A stretch of 64,000 nt of DNA, from NCBI GenBank assembly GCA_947259275.1, contig CAMYMH010000013.1:38896-102895 (forward strand), written 5' to 3'. Shown piece after piece: positions 1 to 9,083 of the stretch. This stretch comes from an uncultured Acidimicrobiaceae bacterium. Lineage in GTDB: Bacteria > Actinomycetota > Acidimicrobiia > Spongiisociales > SHLN01. The notes beneath the pieces are model-generated. The model was given only the letters and a program-made list of their open reading frames with translations. It made no database searches and was not told the origin of the DNA. Numbering within the stretch: position 1 is the first letter of the stretch; each line of letters opens with the position of its first letter. The position numbers were made by a program, and so were the translations under genes.

Positions 1-3000
1 ACGCTGCCACTGCCCCCCGACCCGACCTTCTACGATTTGGCCGTCGCCCTCGAGGCCGCGGGCGAGAGCGCGGCCAGTACCCCGCTCGGGGCCATCACCA
101 TTGCCGATTTGCCGCTGGGCGCCATCCCTCTCGGCGCCATTCCGCTTGGGGCGATACCGCTGGGCGCCATCCCCTTGGGAGCGATCGAGTTGGCCCAGTC
201 GCCGTTGGGTGCGATTCCGCTCGGGGCAATTGAAGTCGGTGGGCTGTTTGGCTGCGCGGCGCTGGCCGCCCCGTATTCGTGTGCCGAGCTCCCCGTATCT
301 GACGCCACGACGCTTGCCGACTACCTGGCGGCGTTGGAAGCCGCTGCCGTTCCCACTGACCTGGCGGGGACGCCGCTTGGCGCCATCCCGCTTGGTGCCA
401 TCGACCTCAATTCACTGCCGCTGGGCGCCATCGATCTCAATACCGTCGAGTTGAACGAGGCTCCGCTGGGAGCGATTCCGCTCGGGGCCATCGGCCTGGG
501 CGAAGTCGGTATTGCCACCTCGCCGCTGGGCGCGATCCCACTTGGTGCCATAACTCCCAACATCAACGCAGTGGTCAACTGCTCGCTGGTCGACTGTGTG
601 TTGGGAACGCTGGGCGACGCCGAGGCGGCCGGGGCCATTCTCGATACTGCCACCCTGGGCGATCTCGGTGAATACGGTGCCACCACCCTCGGCAACCTTG
701 GGGAGCTGCTGACGATGGAGGTGTTGTACGGCGACAACCTCCTGAGCGACGGTTTCGACTACGGCAACTTGAGCCTGGGGCAAATCCTCATTTCGCTGCT
801 GCTGCAATCAGATTTCCCGTGGGAGACACTGCCGCTGGCCGAGATGGGCTTGCAGGAGATTGCTCCTAACAGCTCGGTCACCTATTCGGCGTCCTTCGAT
901 CTCACCGGTGACGGCTCCGATCTGGTCGGCAGTCTGACTGCCGTGATGCCAGAGGACTTCTTCTACACCGCCGGGTCCGCTTCGGTGGCGGGGCTGGCAA
1001 CGGCCGCGGAGCCGCTGGCCGATCCCACAATCACCGAGCTCGGAACCGGCGAGGTTCAGCTGACCTTCGCTCTTAGTCTCGACCCGGGTGACACCTACAC
1101 CGTCGAGTGGCAGGCCGTGCCCGGCTTCGACACCGGTGACTTCCTAACGCAGGCGGATGTCGAGTTCGCCGCTGCGATTCCTGCTCCGGCCGGACCCACG
1201 ACCGACGATGCCGCCATCACCGTCACCGAGGCGTTCACGGGCAATAACGACTTCGGTACGCCGGCGTCCATCGCCGACGACACGCTGGTGTTCTCTCATA
1301 TCGCCACTCCCAACGTGTCCGACTTCTTCAGCTTCACCGCCGGACCGGTTGGCACGCGTCATGCCGTTTTCCTGTCCCAGTTCGACCAGGACACCGATCT
1401 GGTGCTGTATCAGCCCGAAACCGAGCCGGTGTCCGACATCGCGCCCCGCACCATTCCACTCGGTGCTATCCCAATCGAGGATGACGGGGTCGACTATGGC
1501 GGCAACCTGACCGAAGAGCCCGAGCTCGAGCCCGACATCAACATCGAATCAGCCCCGCTGGGAGCGATCTCCATCAACCGGGGAACGACCCCGGAGTCGG
1601 CTGAATCGACGCTGGCATCCACCCAGCTCACTCCGGGTGAGCCGTTCACGATTCAGGTCAGTGGTTACCAGGGCAATGCCAGCACCAGCCCCTACGTGGT
1701 GCGGATCAAGAAGGAACTCGACGTGGCAGTGCCGAGCTGCACCGTCGCTACGTTCCCGCATGGCGCCGCCGGCGGCATCAACTACGCCGGTCTGCCCGCT
1801 GGCCTCAACACGATCTTCCTCGTCAATGAGGAGCGCCTCACCCACCAGTACGGGGCAACGGCTACCGCCGACATCCTGGCCTCGATCAATGCGGTCATCG
1901 CCAGCGGAGCCAACGGAGTTGTAGGCGCCATCGTCCCCGTCAACGACGACAGCGCGGTTCAAACCGCATACGCCGCCTGGGACCTCAATCCGTGCGATCC
2001 CGAGGCGGCCAACGCCGTCGTGGGCTCAATCACGTCGGTTATCGACCAGATCCAGGCAGCTCGCCCGACCTTGACGTACGTCAGCATCATCGGCAACGAC
2101 GACATCATTCCCTTTGGGCGCCTCGAGGATCTGACGGCCATCGCCAACGAGTCCACCTACACCGAGCAGTTCACAGACGGAGCACTCTACGGTGCCCTGT
2201 TGACCCGCCACTTCTTGTCGGATGACCCCTACGGGGATCTCGATCCCATTCCGTGGCTCGATCGCTTCCTGCACGTTCCGGAGCTGTCGGTGGGCCGGCT
2301 GGTCGAGAGCCCGGCCGATATCACCCTCGCCCTCGATCACTTCGTGACCTTCAACGGCGAGTTGGATCCGCAGACGGCGGCGGTGGCCGGCTACGACTTC
2401 CTCGACGACGGTTCTGATGTCGTCTTCGAACGGCTGGCCAATATCTACGATCCCGCCAGCGCGGGCGACGTGGCGAGCCTCATCGATGCGGCCGGTACCG
2501 ACCCGTTGCTTACCTGGGATCTGGCCGATCTGCAGGCTTTCCTCGACCTGGCCGACGGTAGCCCCGGTAGCACCACCGCCGACATCTTCAGCGTCAACGC
2601 CCACTCCGACCACTTCCGTCAACTGCCGTCGTTCGGCGACGCCAACAACGACGAGAGTGATCTTTTCGAGGTGGCCGACCTCGGTCCGTTGCCGTTCGAT
2701 TCGCTGGCCGGCAACATCGTCTTCACCATGGGCTGCCATGCCGGTTTGAGCGTTTCCGACATTGGCGTCGGCACCTTGAACACGACGGATTGGGCCGAGA
2801 GCTACTTGGGTCTGGGTGCCACCTACATCGCCAATAGCGGGTACGGCTACGGAGACACCGCCGGCATTGCGCTCAGCGAGCGCCTGATGGCCGAGTTTGC
2901 CGAGAACCTCGACGGAGGCATGAGCATCGGTCACGCCATGATGATGGCCAAGCAGGAGTACTTCGCTCAGCTCGGCCAGTACTCCGTCTACGACGAGAAG

Positions 3001-5193
3001 GCGATGCAACAGGCGATCTTCTACGGCCTGCCCATGTATGCGCTCGGTGCCACTCCGCCCGCCAGCCCACCACCACCGCTGCCGGTTGCCACCGACACCG
3101 GCACAGGGCTGGAGGCAGCCACCCTGAGCCTGACCCCGACCTACGAAACCAACTCAACCCCCGAGGGCGAGTTCCTTTCGATCGAGGGTCAGACTCAGCA
3201 CACCCATTACCGCCCCATCCAGCCGTTGGACACCTTCGATGTCACCCAGGACGTGACCACCGTCGGTTACGCCCACGGCGCCATCGTCACAGAGGCCACC
3301 ACCACCGACGATCTCAACGTCGATCCCGTCTACTTCACGCCCAACATCACCGGCAGCCTCGAAAGCGAGCCGGAGGTGCCGAGTGACGAGATCGCTACGC
3401 CGGTGTTCGGCCTCAACATCGCCACCTACAATCGGCTGGGGAACGGTCCCCTGGGCGAGCCATTCGAGCAGGCGCAAAGCGCCTCCTTCATCGCCGGTTC
3501 TTTCCTGTCGGCGGCCGACGGTTCTCAACTCGGGACCCAACGCCGGACCGAGGAGGCCGACGTCAAGGTGTTCTACTCGCCCTCGCTCGACTTCGTCTCG
3601 CCGCGCATTCTGTCGGTCGACTCGGTGCTCGTGGGCAACCAGGTCTCGTTCTCGGTCGATGCCACCGACGACGTTGCCATCGCCCAGGTCCTCGCTCTCT
3701 ATCGAAAAGAGGTCGCGCTTGGGGAGTCACTATGGGTCACCACCGAATTGCCGTTCGATAACGGGACCACCTATTCCGGTGGAGGTCCGGTCGATCCAAG
3801 CGGCATCGTGGGCGGAGTGGTCGACTTCAAGATCTGGGTCGTCGATACCGCCGGCAACGTCTCATCAACCGACTTCAAGAACGTGCTGTACGAGGCCCCG
3901 GCCCCGCCGCCGCCGCAGCCGGGCGTCGCCCTCTCGTTGTCTACGACTCCGGCCGCCCCGCCGGCGCCTCCCTCTCCCTGGTTCGATGCGCCGGTGACCG
4001 TCAACGTCACCGGTGAGCCGGGCGTGACCTACGACTACACGGCGCTCGGCGTCAGTGGCACCGTCGTCGACGGTGGTACTTTCCCGGTGCCCAATGACGG
4101 CGTCAACGAGGTCGTCGTGAGCGGCGGCGGCGACTCGGCCACCATCTACGTGCTCATCGACAGCACCGCTCCCGAGACCCCAACCGTCACCGCTCCGTTG
4201 CCGGGACAGGTGTACGTCCAGGGAGCGACGGCGGAGTTCGACTTCGACTGCCCCGATGTCGGTTCGGGGGCGGTCGACTGCTTTGGTTCGATCGACGGTG
4301 GCGCCTTCGACGTCGAGGATGGAGACGCCATCGACACAAGCACTCCGGGTACACGCACTCTGACGGTCGTCGGAACCGACATCTTCAATCGATCCAGCCT
4401 GATCCCTGCCGTGGTGGAGTATCACGTAGTCGTGCCGCTCGAACTCCCCGGACCCTCTGACCCCATCGACGTCAACGATCAACCGATCGAGCTGGCGACC
4501 ACTATCACCGGGGTGACCGGGACGACTGCCGAATGGGACTGGGGCGATGAAACCGTAGAACCCGCCACTATTGCCGTGGCCGCCCCCGGTACGAGCGACG
4601 TGACCGGAAGCCACGAGTATGCCGAACCGGGTGTCTACCCCGTAACCCTTACCGTGGATTACGGCAACGGTTTCGTCCATGTGGCGGCCTTTGAGTTCGT
4701 CGTGATCTATGACCCCGCTGGCGGCTTCGTGACCGGTGGCGGTTGGATCGACTCGCCAGCCGGCGCCTACACGGCTGACCCGGACCTGAGCGGGCCGGCG
4801 AACTTCGGGTTCGTGTCCAAGTACAAGAAGGGGGCAAATGTTCCGACCGGCAATACCACCTTCAAGTTCGCGGCCGGTGACTTCAAGTTCAAGTCGACGA
4901 CCTACGACTGGCTCGTGATTGCCGGCTCCAGGGCGCAATACAAGGGCAAGGGCTTGGTCAACAGTCAGCTGGCGCCCAACGGCACGGAATACAAGTTCCT
5001 CCTCACCGGGATTGACGCAGACGTGAATCAGAACGACAGCCACACCGAGGACAAGTTCCGCATCAAGATCTGGTACGAAGAGGCCGGCGTCGACGTAATC
5101 GTCTACGACAACAAGCAGGGCGAGAGCGACACGTCTGATGCCGCCACGGTCTTGGGGGGCGGCTCGATCGTGATCCACGACGGCAAGGGCTAG
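1..5193 (+). CDS. Very large secreted multidomain protein (5' end outside window): PLGAI pentapeptide repeats, pre-peptidase-C-terminal-like domain, clan CD (gingipain/C25-like) His/Cys peptidase-like core, Ig-like and PKD domains
   Basis: Frame 1 is open from nt 1 with no stop before the ATG at 37, so the gene begins upstream. The translation shows many PLGAI units and DFFSFTAG...DTDLVLY (PPC-domain pattern). It also shows YVSIIGNDDIIPFGR ... NAHSDH ... FTMGCHAG (His then Cys, the order seen in clan CD peptidases) and WDWGDE...GVYPVTLTV (PKD pattern). Confidence 0.8.
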   Translation, partial: TLPLPPDPTFYDLAVALEAAGESAASTPLGAITIADLPLGAIPLGAIPLGAIPLGAIPLGAIELAQSPLGAIPLGAIEVGGLFGCAALAAPYSCAELPVSDATTLADYLAALEAAAVPTDLAGTPLGAIPLGAIDLNSLPLGAIDLNTVELNEAPLGAIPLGAIGLGEVGIATSPLGAIPLGAITPNINAVVNCSLVDCVLGTLGDAEAAGAILDTATLGDLGEYGATTLGNLGELLTMEVLYGDNLLSDGFDYGNLSLGQILISLLLQSDFPWETLPLAEMGLQEIAPNSSVTYSASFDLTGDGSDLVGSLTAVMPEDFFYTAGSASVAGLATAAEPLADPTITELGTGEVQLTFALSLDPGDTYTVEWQAVPGFDTGDFLTQADVEFAAAIPAPAGPTTDDAAITVTEAFTGNNDFGTPASIADDTLVFSHIATPNVSDFFSFTAGPVGTRHAVFLSQFDQDTDLVLYQPETEPVSDIAPRTIPLGAIPIEDDGVDYGGNLTEEPELEPDINIESAPLGAISINRGTTPESAESTLASTQLTPGEPFTIQVSGYQGNASTSPYVVRIKKELDVAVPSCTVATFPHGAAGGINYAGLPAGLNTIFLVNEERLTHQYGATATADILASINAVIASGANGVVGAIVPVNDDSAVQTAYAAWDLNPCDPEAANAVVGSITSVIDQIQAARPTLTYVSIIGNDDIIPFGRLEDLTAIANESTYTEQFTDGALYGALLTRHFLSDDPYGDLDPIPWLDRFLHVPELSVGRLVESPADITLALDHFVTFNGELDPQTAAVAGYDFLDDGSDVVFERLANIYDPASAGDVASLIDAAGTDPLLTWDLADLQAFLDLADGSPGSTTADIFSVNAHSDHFRQLPSFGDANNDESDLFEVADLGPLPFDSLAGNIVFTMGCHAGLSVSDIGVGTLNTTDWAESYLGLGATYIANSGYGYGDTAGIALSERLMAEFAENLDGGMSIGHAMMMAKQEYFAQLGQYSVYDEKAMQQAIFYGLPMYALGATPPASPPPPLPVATDTGTGLEAATLSLTPTYETNSTPEGEFLSIEGQTQHTHYRPIQPLDTFDVTQDVTTVGYAHGAIVTEATTTDDLNVDPVYFTPNITGSLESEPEVPSDEIATPVFGLNIATYNRLGNGPLGEPFEQAQSASFIAGSFLSAADGSQLGTQRRTEEADVKVFYSPSLDFVSPRILSVDSVLVGNQVSFSVDATDDVAIAQVLALYRKEVALGESLWVTTELPFDNGTTYSGGGPVDPSGIVGGVVDFKIWVVDTAGNVSSTDFKNVLYEAPAPPPPQPGVALSLSTTPAAPPAPPSPWFDAPVTVNVTGEPGVTYDYTALGVSGTVVDGGTFPVPNDGVNEVVVSGGGDSATIYVLIDSTAPETPTVTAPLPGQVYVQGATAEFDFDCPDVGSGAVDCFGSIDGGAFDVEDGDAIDTSTPGTRTLTVVGTDIFNRSSLIPAVVEYHVVVPLELPGPSDPIDVNDQPIELATTITGVTGTTAEWDWGDETVEPATIAVAAPGTSDVTGSHEYAEPGVYPVTLTVDYGNGFVHVAAFEFVVIYDPAGGFVTGGGWIDSPAGAYTADPDLSGPANFGFVSKYKKGANVPTGNTTFKFAAGDFKFKSTTYDWLVIAGSRAQYKGKGLVNSQLAPNGTEYKFLLTGIDADVNQNDSHTEDKFRIKIWYEEAGVDVIVYDNKQGESDTSDAATVLGGGSIVIHDGKG
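82..552 (+). repeat. Clustered 15-nt coding repeats encoding the pentapeptide PLGAI (tandem runs of 2-5 units separated by short linkers)
   Basis: Examples are ccgctgggcgccatc / cctctcggcgccatt / ccgcttggggcgata / cccttgggagcgatc. Units differ mainly at synonymous positions while the peptide PLGAI is kept. Confidence 0.9.
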
Positions 5194-5422
5194 AAATGAC
5201 TCAGCGGCGCGCCCGGTGCCGACGCCACGTGACCTGAGATTTGACAAGGGGTCACCAGATTGGCAGTAGCGACGTCGGAAGCGAGCAGGTGGTTCGCTGG
5301 CCCGACGCGGACGCAGCCGGGATGCCGGTGACGCTGCGCGACCATCTCCATTACGGGCCCGAGCAACAGCCCACCCCGACCGACTCGGCACGCCACCCGA
5401 CGAACCGCTTCAATAGCGACCC

Positions 5423-6691
5423 ATGACCGCGCTTCCGCACTACCTGCTATCCGACAACGCTGCGGTTGCGGCCGATGGGCGCCTGTCTATTGCCGGCTGC
5501 GACGTTCTCGACCTGACCGAGGAATTCGGCACCCCACTGTTCATCTATGACGAGGACCACTTGCGAGCGCGCTGCCGGGAGGCAGTGGCGGCCTTCGGCG
5601 ACGGGGTTGCCTACGCCACCAAGGCCTTCCTGTGCACCGCCATGGCTCGGCTGGCCCATGAAGAGGGCATGCAGCTCGACGTGGCGACCGGGGGCGAGCT
5701 GCACGTTGCGATGGCGGCCGGCGTACCCGCCGATCGGCTGGTGCTGCACGGCAACAACAAGTCCGAACTCGAGCTCAAAATGGCGCTCGAAGCGGGGGTG
5801 GGGCGCATCGTGGTGGACTCTTTTGACGAGTTCGACCGGGTCGAGGCCCTCGTCTCGGATGGATTGACGGCACCCTCGGTACTCGTCCGGGTCAACCCGG
5901 GCGTTGAGGCCCACACCCACGAGTACCTGCAGACCGGAGCCGCCGACTCCAAGTTCGGATTCAGCCTCTCCGGTGGAGTGGCCGAGGTGGCCATCGAACG
6001 AGCTGCCGGCTCGTCCGCCATGCAGCTGAGGGGGCTCCACGCCCATGTCGGCAGCCAGGTCTTCGTGGTCGACTCCTTCGTCAAGGCCGTGGGAGCATTG
6101 GCGCCGCTGGCGCATCGGGTCGACGCCCGTGAGCTCTCGATCGGAGGCGGTCTTGGCGTTGCCTACATCGAAGGTGAAGCGGCGCCGTCCATCACCGAAT
6201 GGGCCGATGCGGTCAAGACTGCTTGTGCCGACGCCGGGATCGAGTCCCGCATTCTCGCCGAGCCCGGCCGCGCCATCGTGGCCCAAGCCGCGCTTACCGC
6301 CTACCGGGTCGGCACCATCAAGCCCATCGACGGCGTTCGCACCTACGTGTCCGTCGATGGGGGGATGAGTGACAATCCACGTCCCGTCCTATACGGAAGC
6401 GGGTATGAGGCGTTTCTTCCCCGGGCGACGACGGCCGAACGAGATCAGTCGGTCCGCATTGTCGGCAAGCACTGCGAGTCCGGCGATGTCATCGTGCAGG
6501 AGGCGCGGGTCCCGGCCGATCTGGCGGTCGGTGACATCCTGGCCACGCCGGTGACCGGTGCGTACGGCCACACCATGGGCTCCAACTACAACATGGTGCT
6601 GCGCCCGCCGGTGGTGTTCGCACGGGACGGCGATGCACGCCTCGTGGTCCGCCGCGAGACGTTCGCCGACCTGGTTGACCGGGACATCTGA
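5423..6691 (+). CDS. lysA: Diaminopimelate decarboxylase
   Basis: 422 aa. N-terminal FGTPLFIYDE, PLP-fold region YATKAF, HVGSQ, CESGD motif. Sits in the lysA-hom-thrC context. Confidence 0.93.
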   Translation: MTALPHYLLSDNAAVAADGRLSIAGCDVLDLTEEFGTPLFIYDEDHLRARCREAVAAFGDGVAYATKAFLCTAMARLAHEEGMQLDVATGGELHVAMAAGVPADRLVLHGNNKSELELKMALEAGVGRIVVDSFDEFDRVEALVSDGLTAPSVLVRVNPGVEAHTHEYLQTGAADSKFGFSLSGGVAEVAIERAAGSSAMQLRGLHAHVGSQVFVVDSFVKAVGALAPLAHRVDARELSIGGGLGVAYIEGEAAPSITEWADAVKTACADAGIESRILAEPGRAIVAQAALTAYRVGTIKPIDGVRTYVSVDGGMSDNPRPVLYGSGYEAFLPRATTAERDQSVRIVGKHCESGDVIVQEARVPADLAVGDILATPVTGAYGHTMGSNYNMVLRPPVVFARDGDARLVVRRETFADLVDRDI

Positions 6692-6700
6692 GCGCTCTAC

Positions 6701-7459
6701 TCAGCCCTCATAGGCGTCGATGAAGGCATCCCGGATTTGGGAGTAGCCGGCGGCGTTCGGGTGCAGGCAGTCGACGAGGTTGGCTACGTCGACGGCCGGG
6801 GTTGCGAGATCGGCACCAAACGCCCCAGCCACGCCGGCAATCACACCATTGAAGGCCGGCAGCAACACCGCATCGGCGAAGGGTGCCAGGCCGGCGAGGG
6901 CGCAGGCTTCCGGGTTGGCGATCGTGTTGTGATACAGCATCACGATGATCTGCACGTCGGGGTCGGCCGCCCGCAGGCTGCCCAGGATCACCGTCAGATC
7001 GGCCCCGATGTCGGCCAGCGTCTGGCCGATGGCCGCCTGGCACTCGGGTGTGCTCGGATCCGGGAGACACCCCGAGGCCGGGTCGGTGACCGCGCCGAAC
7101 AGATCGTTCCCCCCGATGTCGATGGTCACAACCTCGACGTTGCGGTGCTGGAGTGTTTTGACGGCCTTCTTGAGCGGATGCTTGTCGTTGGCGAGATCAT
7201 CGGCGGTGGCACCGCTGATTCCCAGATTGACGAGCTTGGTGTTGGGGTCGAGGGTGTTCGTGAGGTAATCGTGGAACTGGGCCACGTATCCCTCCGAGTC
7301 GGGATCCCCGGCTCCAACGCCGGCGGCGAGTGAGTCACCGAGCGAGAGTTGTACCGGCTGGGGGCCGGGGGCTCCCGCGCTGGCGGGGGCAGCCACCAAG
7401 GCGGCAATCAGCGCCACCAGCATGGCAATTGCGGCGAAACGTGGCATTGGTCGAGTCAC
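6701..7459 (-). CDS. Secreted SGNH/GDSL-family hydrolase
   Basis: N-terminal signal peptide (AMLVALIAALVAAPASA). Block I GDSLAAG, block III DIGGND, block V DCLHPN. Confidence 0.8.
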   Translation of the reverse strand: MTRPMPRFAAIAMLVALIAALVAAPASAGAPGPQPVQLSLGDSLAAGVGAGDPDSEGYVAQFHDYLTNTLDPNTKLVNLGISGATADDLANDKHPLKKAVKTLQHRNVEVVTIDIGGNDLFGAVTDPASGCLPDPSTPECQAAIGQTLADIGADLTVILGSLRAADPDVQIIVMLYHNTIANPEACALAGLAPFADAVLLPAFNGVIAGVAGAFGADLATPAVDVANLVDCLHPNAAGYSQIRDAFIDAYEG

Positions 7460-7649
7460 GGGCGTCTTCCCTTCTCAGAAACGAAAACCAACCCTAGCGG
7501 CATCGCCACCCTCTGTGGTGTGGCGACGATGTCTGTCTCATGTTCATCGTCATCCGCCAAGCACTCGGTTCAGCAGCAGCCTTCATCGGTGTCGCCGCCG
7601 CAGCCGGTCTCATCATCTCCTAGTCAAGGCAACCAAGGGGCCTCGCCAC

Positions 7650-7688
7650 AACCGAGGAGCGTCCGGACCAACCGGACGCTCCTCGGTT
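7650..7688 (+). promoter_or_regulatory. Perfect 17-bp-stem hairpin (5-nt loop) in the hom leader / divergent intergenic region
   Basis: aaccgaggagcgtccgg-accaa-ccggacgctcctcggtt. Lies 100 nt upstream of the hom ATG (7788), and no gene ends nearby that it could terminate. Confidence 0.6.
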
Positions 7689-7787
7689 CACATCTGGAGG
7701 CAGCTCGGTGGTGCAACGGCAACTGATAGCTGGCAGCCATGCCAGATAGATGAAGCGCTCTCGGCTCGAGGCAGTATCGTCCCGGGT

Positions 7788-9083
7788 ATGAGAGTCGGCA
7801 TTGGAATCCTTGGCTTCGGGACGGTCGGTGGAGCGCTGCTCCGCAAGCTGATCGAGGAGAACGCGTCCATTTCAACCAAGACCGGCCTCGAGATCGAGGT
7901 CGAGAAGGTGGCGGTGCGTGACATCGGCAAGCTCCGCTCGGTAGCTCTTCGGGACGGCGTACTGACCGACGACCCGATGGAACTGGTGAACGATCCCGCG
8001 GTCCAGCTCGTGGTCGAAATCATGGGCGGCGAGGATCCAGCCGGTGATCTGGTGGCGGCCGCTCTCCGGGCCGGCAAGCCGGTGGTGACGGCCAACAAGG
8101 CGCTGATTGCAGCTCGCGGCAAGGAGCTCATCAGTATCGCGGAGGAGGCCGGGGTCCCTCTGTTGTTCGAAGCCGCCGTGGCCGGCGGCATACCCATCAT
8201 TCGACCTCTTTCCGAGACCCTCGCCGGCGAGCAGATAGACCGGGTGCTCGGAATCGTCAACGGCACCACCAACTACATCCTCACCAAGATGACCGAAGAC
8301 GGCGCCGAATACAAGACCGCACTCGCAGAGGCCCAGGAGCTGGGATACGCCGAAGCCGACCCAACCGCCGACGTGTCCGGGGCCGACGCCGCCGCCAAGG
8401 CGGCCATCCTGGCCAGCCTCGCCTTCGGGACCTGGGTTGCCTCCGATCGCGTGTACACCGAGGGCATCGACCGGCTCGACGCCACCGACGTGCGGATCGC
8501 CAGCGAACTCGGCTACGTCATCAAGCTGCTGGCGGTGGCGGAGAACACGCAAGACGGCATCAGCGTGCGGGTTCATCCCACCTTTGTGCCGGGCGATCAT
8601 CCTCTGGCAGTCATCCGGGGTGCCACCAATGCCGTCTTCGTCGAGGGTCCTAGCTTCCACGAGCTCCTGTTCGCCGGCCCCGGGGCAGGCGGAGCGCCCA
8701 CCGCCAGCGCGGTGCTCGGCGATGTGGTCGACGCCGCTCGCGAGTTGCTGGCAGGTGCCGAGGTGGCCCCGCCGATCCGCTTCCAACCCGGGCGGGTGCT
8801 GGAGTTCGACTCGGTCGTAACCACGTGGTATTTGCGTCTCGAGGTGGTCGACCGTCCGGGGGTGCTTGCCCAGGTGGCGGGCGTGTTTGGCGACAACGAA
8901 GTGAGCATCAAATCGGTGTGGCAGGAAGGTGAGGACGACGGTGCCACTCTCCTCCTGGTCACCCATGGCCACGCGGAAAGCCGGCAACGGGCCAGTCTCG
9001 AGGGGCTGCGATCGCTCGAGGTCGTGCGCGATGTTGGCGCGGTGATTCGGGTCGAAGGCGCCGGGCCGACGCCCAACCTGTGA
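7788..9083 (+). CDS. hom: Homoserine dehydrogenase
   Basis: The ORF track starts at 7422, but the Rossmann N-terminus MRVGIGILGFGTVGG begins at the ATG at 7788. Contains NGTTNYIL and LGYAEADP motifs and a C-terminal ACT-like domain. Confidence 0.92.
   Translation: MRVGIGILGFGTVGGALLRKLIEENASISTKTGLEIEVEKVAVRDIGKLRSVALRDGVLTDDPMELVNDPAVQLVVEIMGGEDPAGDLVAAALRAGKPVVTANKALIAARGKELISIAEEAGVPLLFEAAVAGGIPIIRPLSETLAGEQIDRVLGIVNGTTNYILTKMTEDGAEYKTALAEAQELGYAEADPTADVSGADAAAKAAILASLAFGTWVASDRVYTEGIDRLDATDVRIASELGYVIKLLAVAENTQDGISVRVHPTFVPGDHPLAVIRGATNAVFVEGPSFHELLFAGPGAGGAPTASAVLGDVVDAARELLAGAEVAPPIRFQPGRVLEFDSVVTTWYLRLEVVDRPGVLAQVAGVFGDNEVSIKSVWQEGEDDGATLLLVTHGHAESRQRASLEGLRSLEVVRDVGAVIRVEGAGPTPNL

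Noticed and set aside
3865-5391. Large antisense or alternative-frame ORFs, for example 3865-5391 (-), 2026-3009 (-), 18928-20265 (+), 26919-27551 (-), 47118-48596 (-), 59118-60170 (+) and 62279-63475 (+).
   Set aside because: They lie entirely inside well-supported genes on the other strand or frame, have Arg/Gly/Pro-biased composition and carry no recognisable motifs.
5194-5422. Possible lysine riboswitch or operator upstream of lysA. This includes TTGACA at 5241-5246 flanked by the inverted repeat GTGACC (5229-5234) / GGTCAC (5250-5255).
   Set aside because: I could not recognise L-box conserved elements. The -10 partner is poor and a 6-bp inverted repeat is weak evidence. An Rfam scan would settle it.
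7422-7787. Long N-terminal extensions in the ORF track for hom (7422), the DUF1385 gene (12351), the Gfo/Idh/MocA gene (16243), the dehydrogenase (to 37701), glyA (40911), korA (to 54524), the amidase (to 55714), the NfnB-like gene (to 62483) and the NfnA-like gene (to 63532).
   Set aside because: The extensions are Arg/Pro/Ser-rich and overlap neighbouring genes. They precede the point where family-conserved N-termini, and usually a Shine-Dalgarno sequence, appear. They are typical open-frame artefacts of GC-rich DNA.
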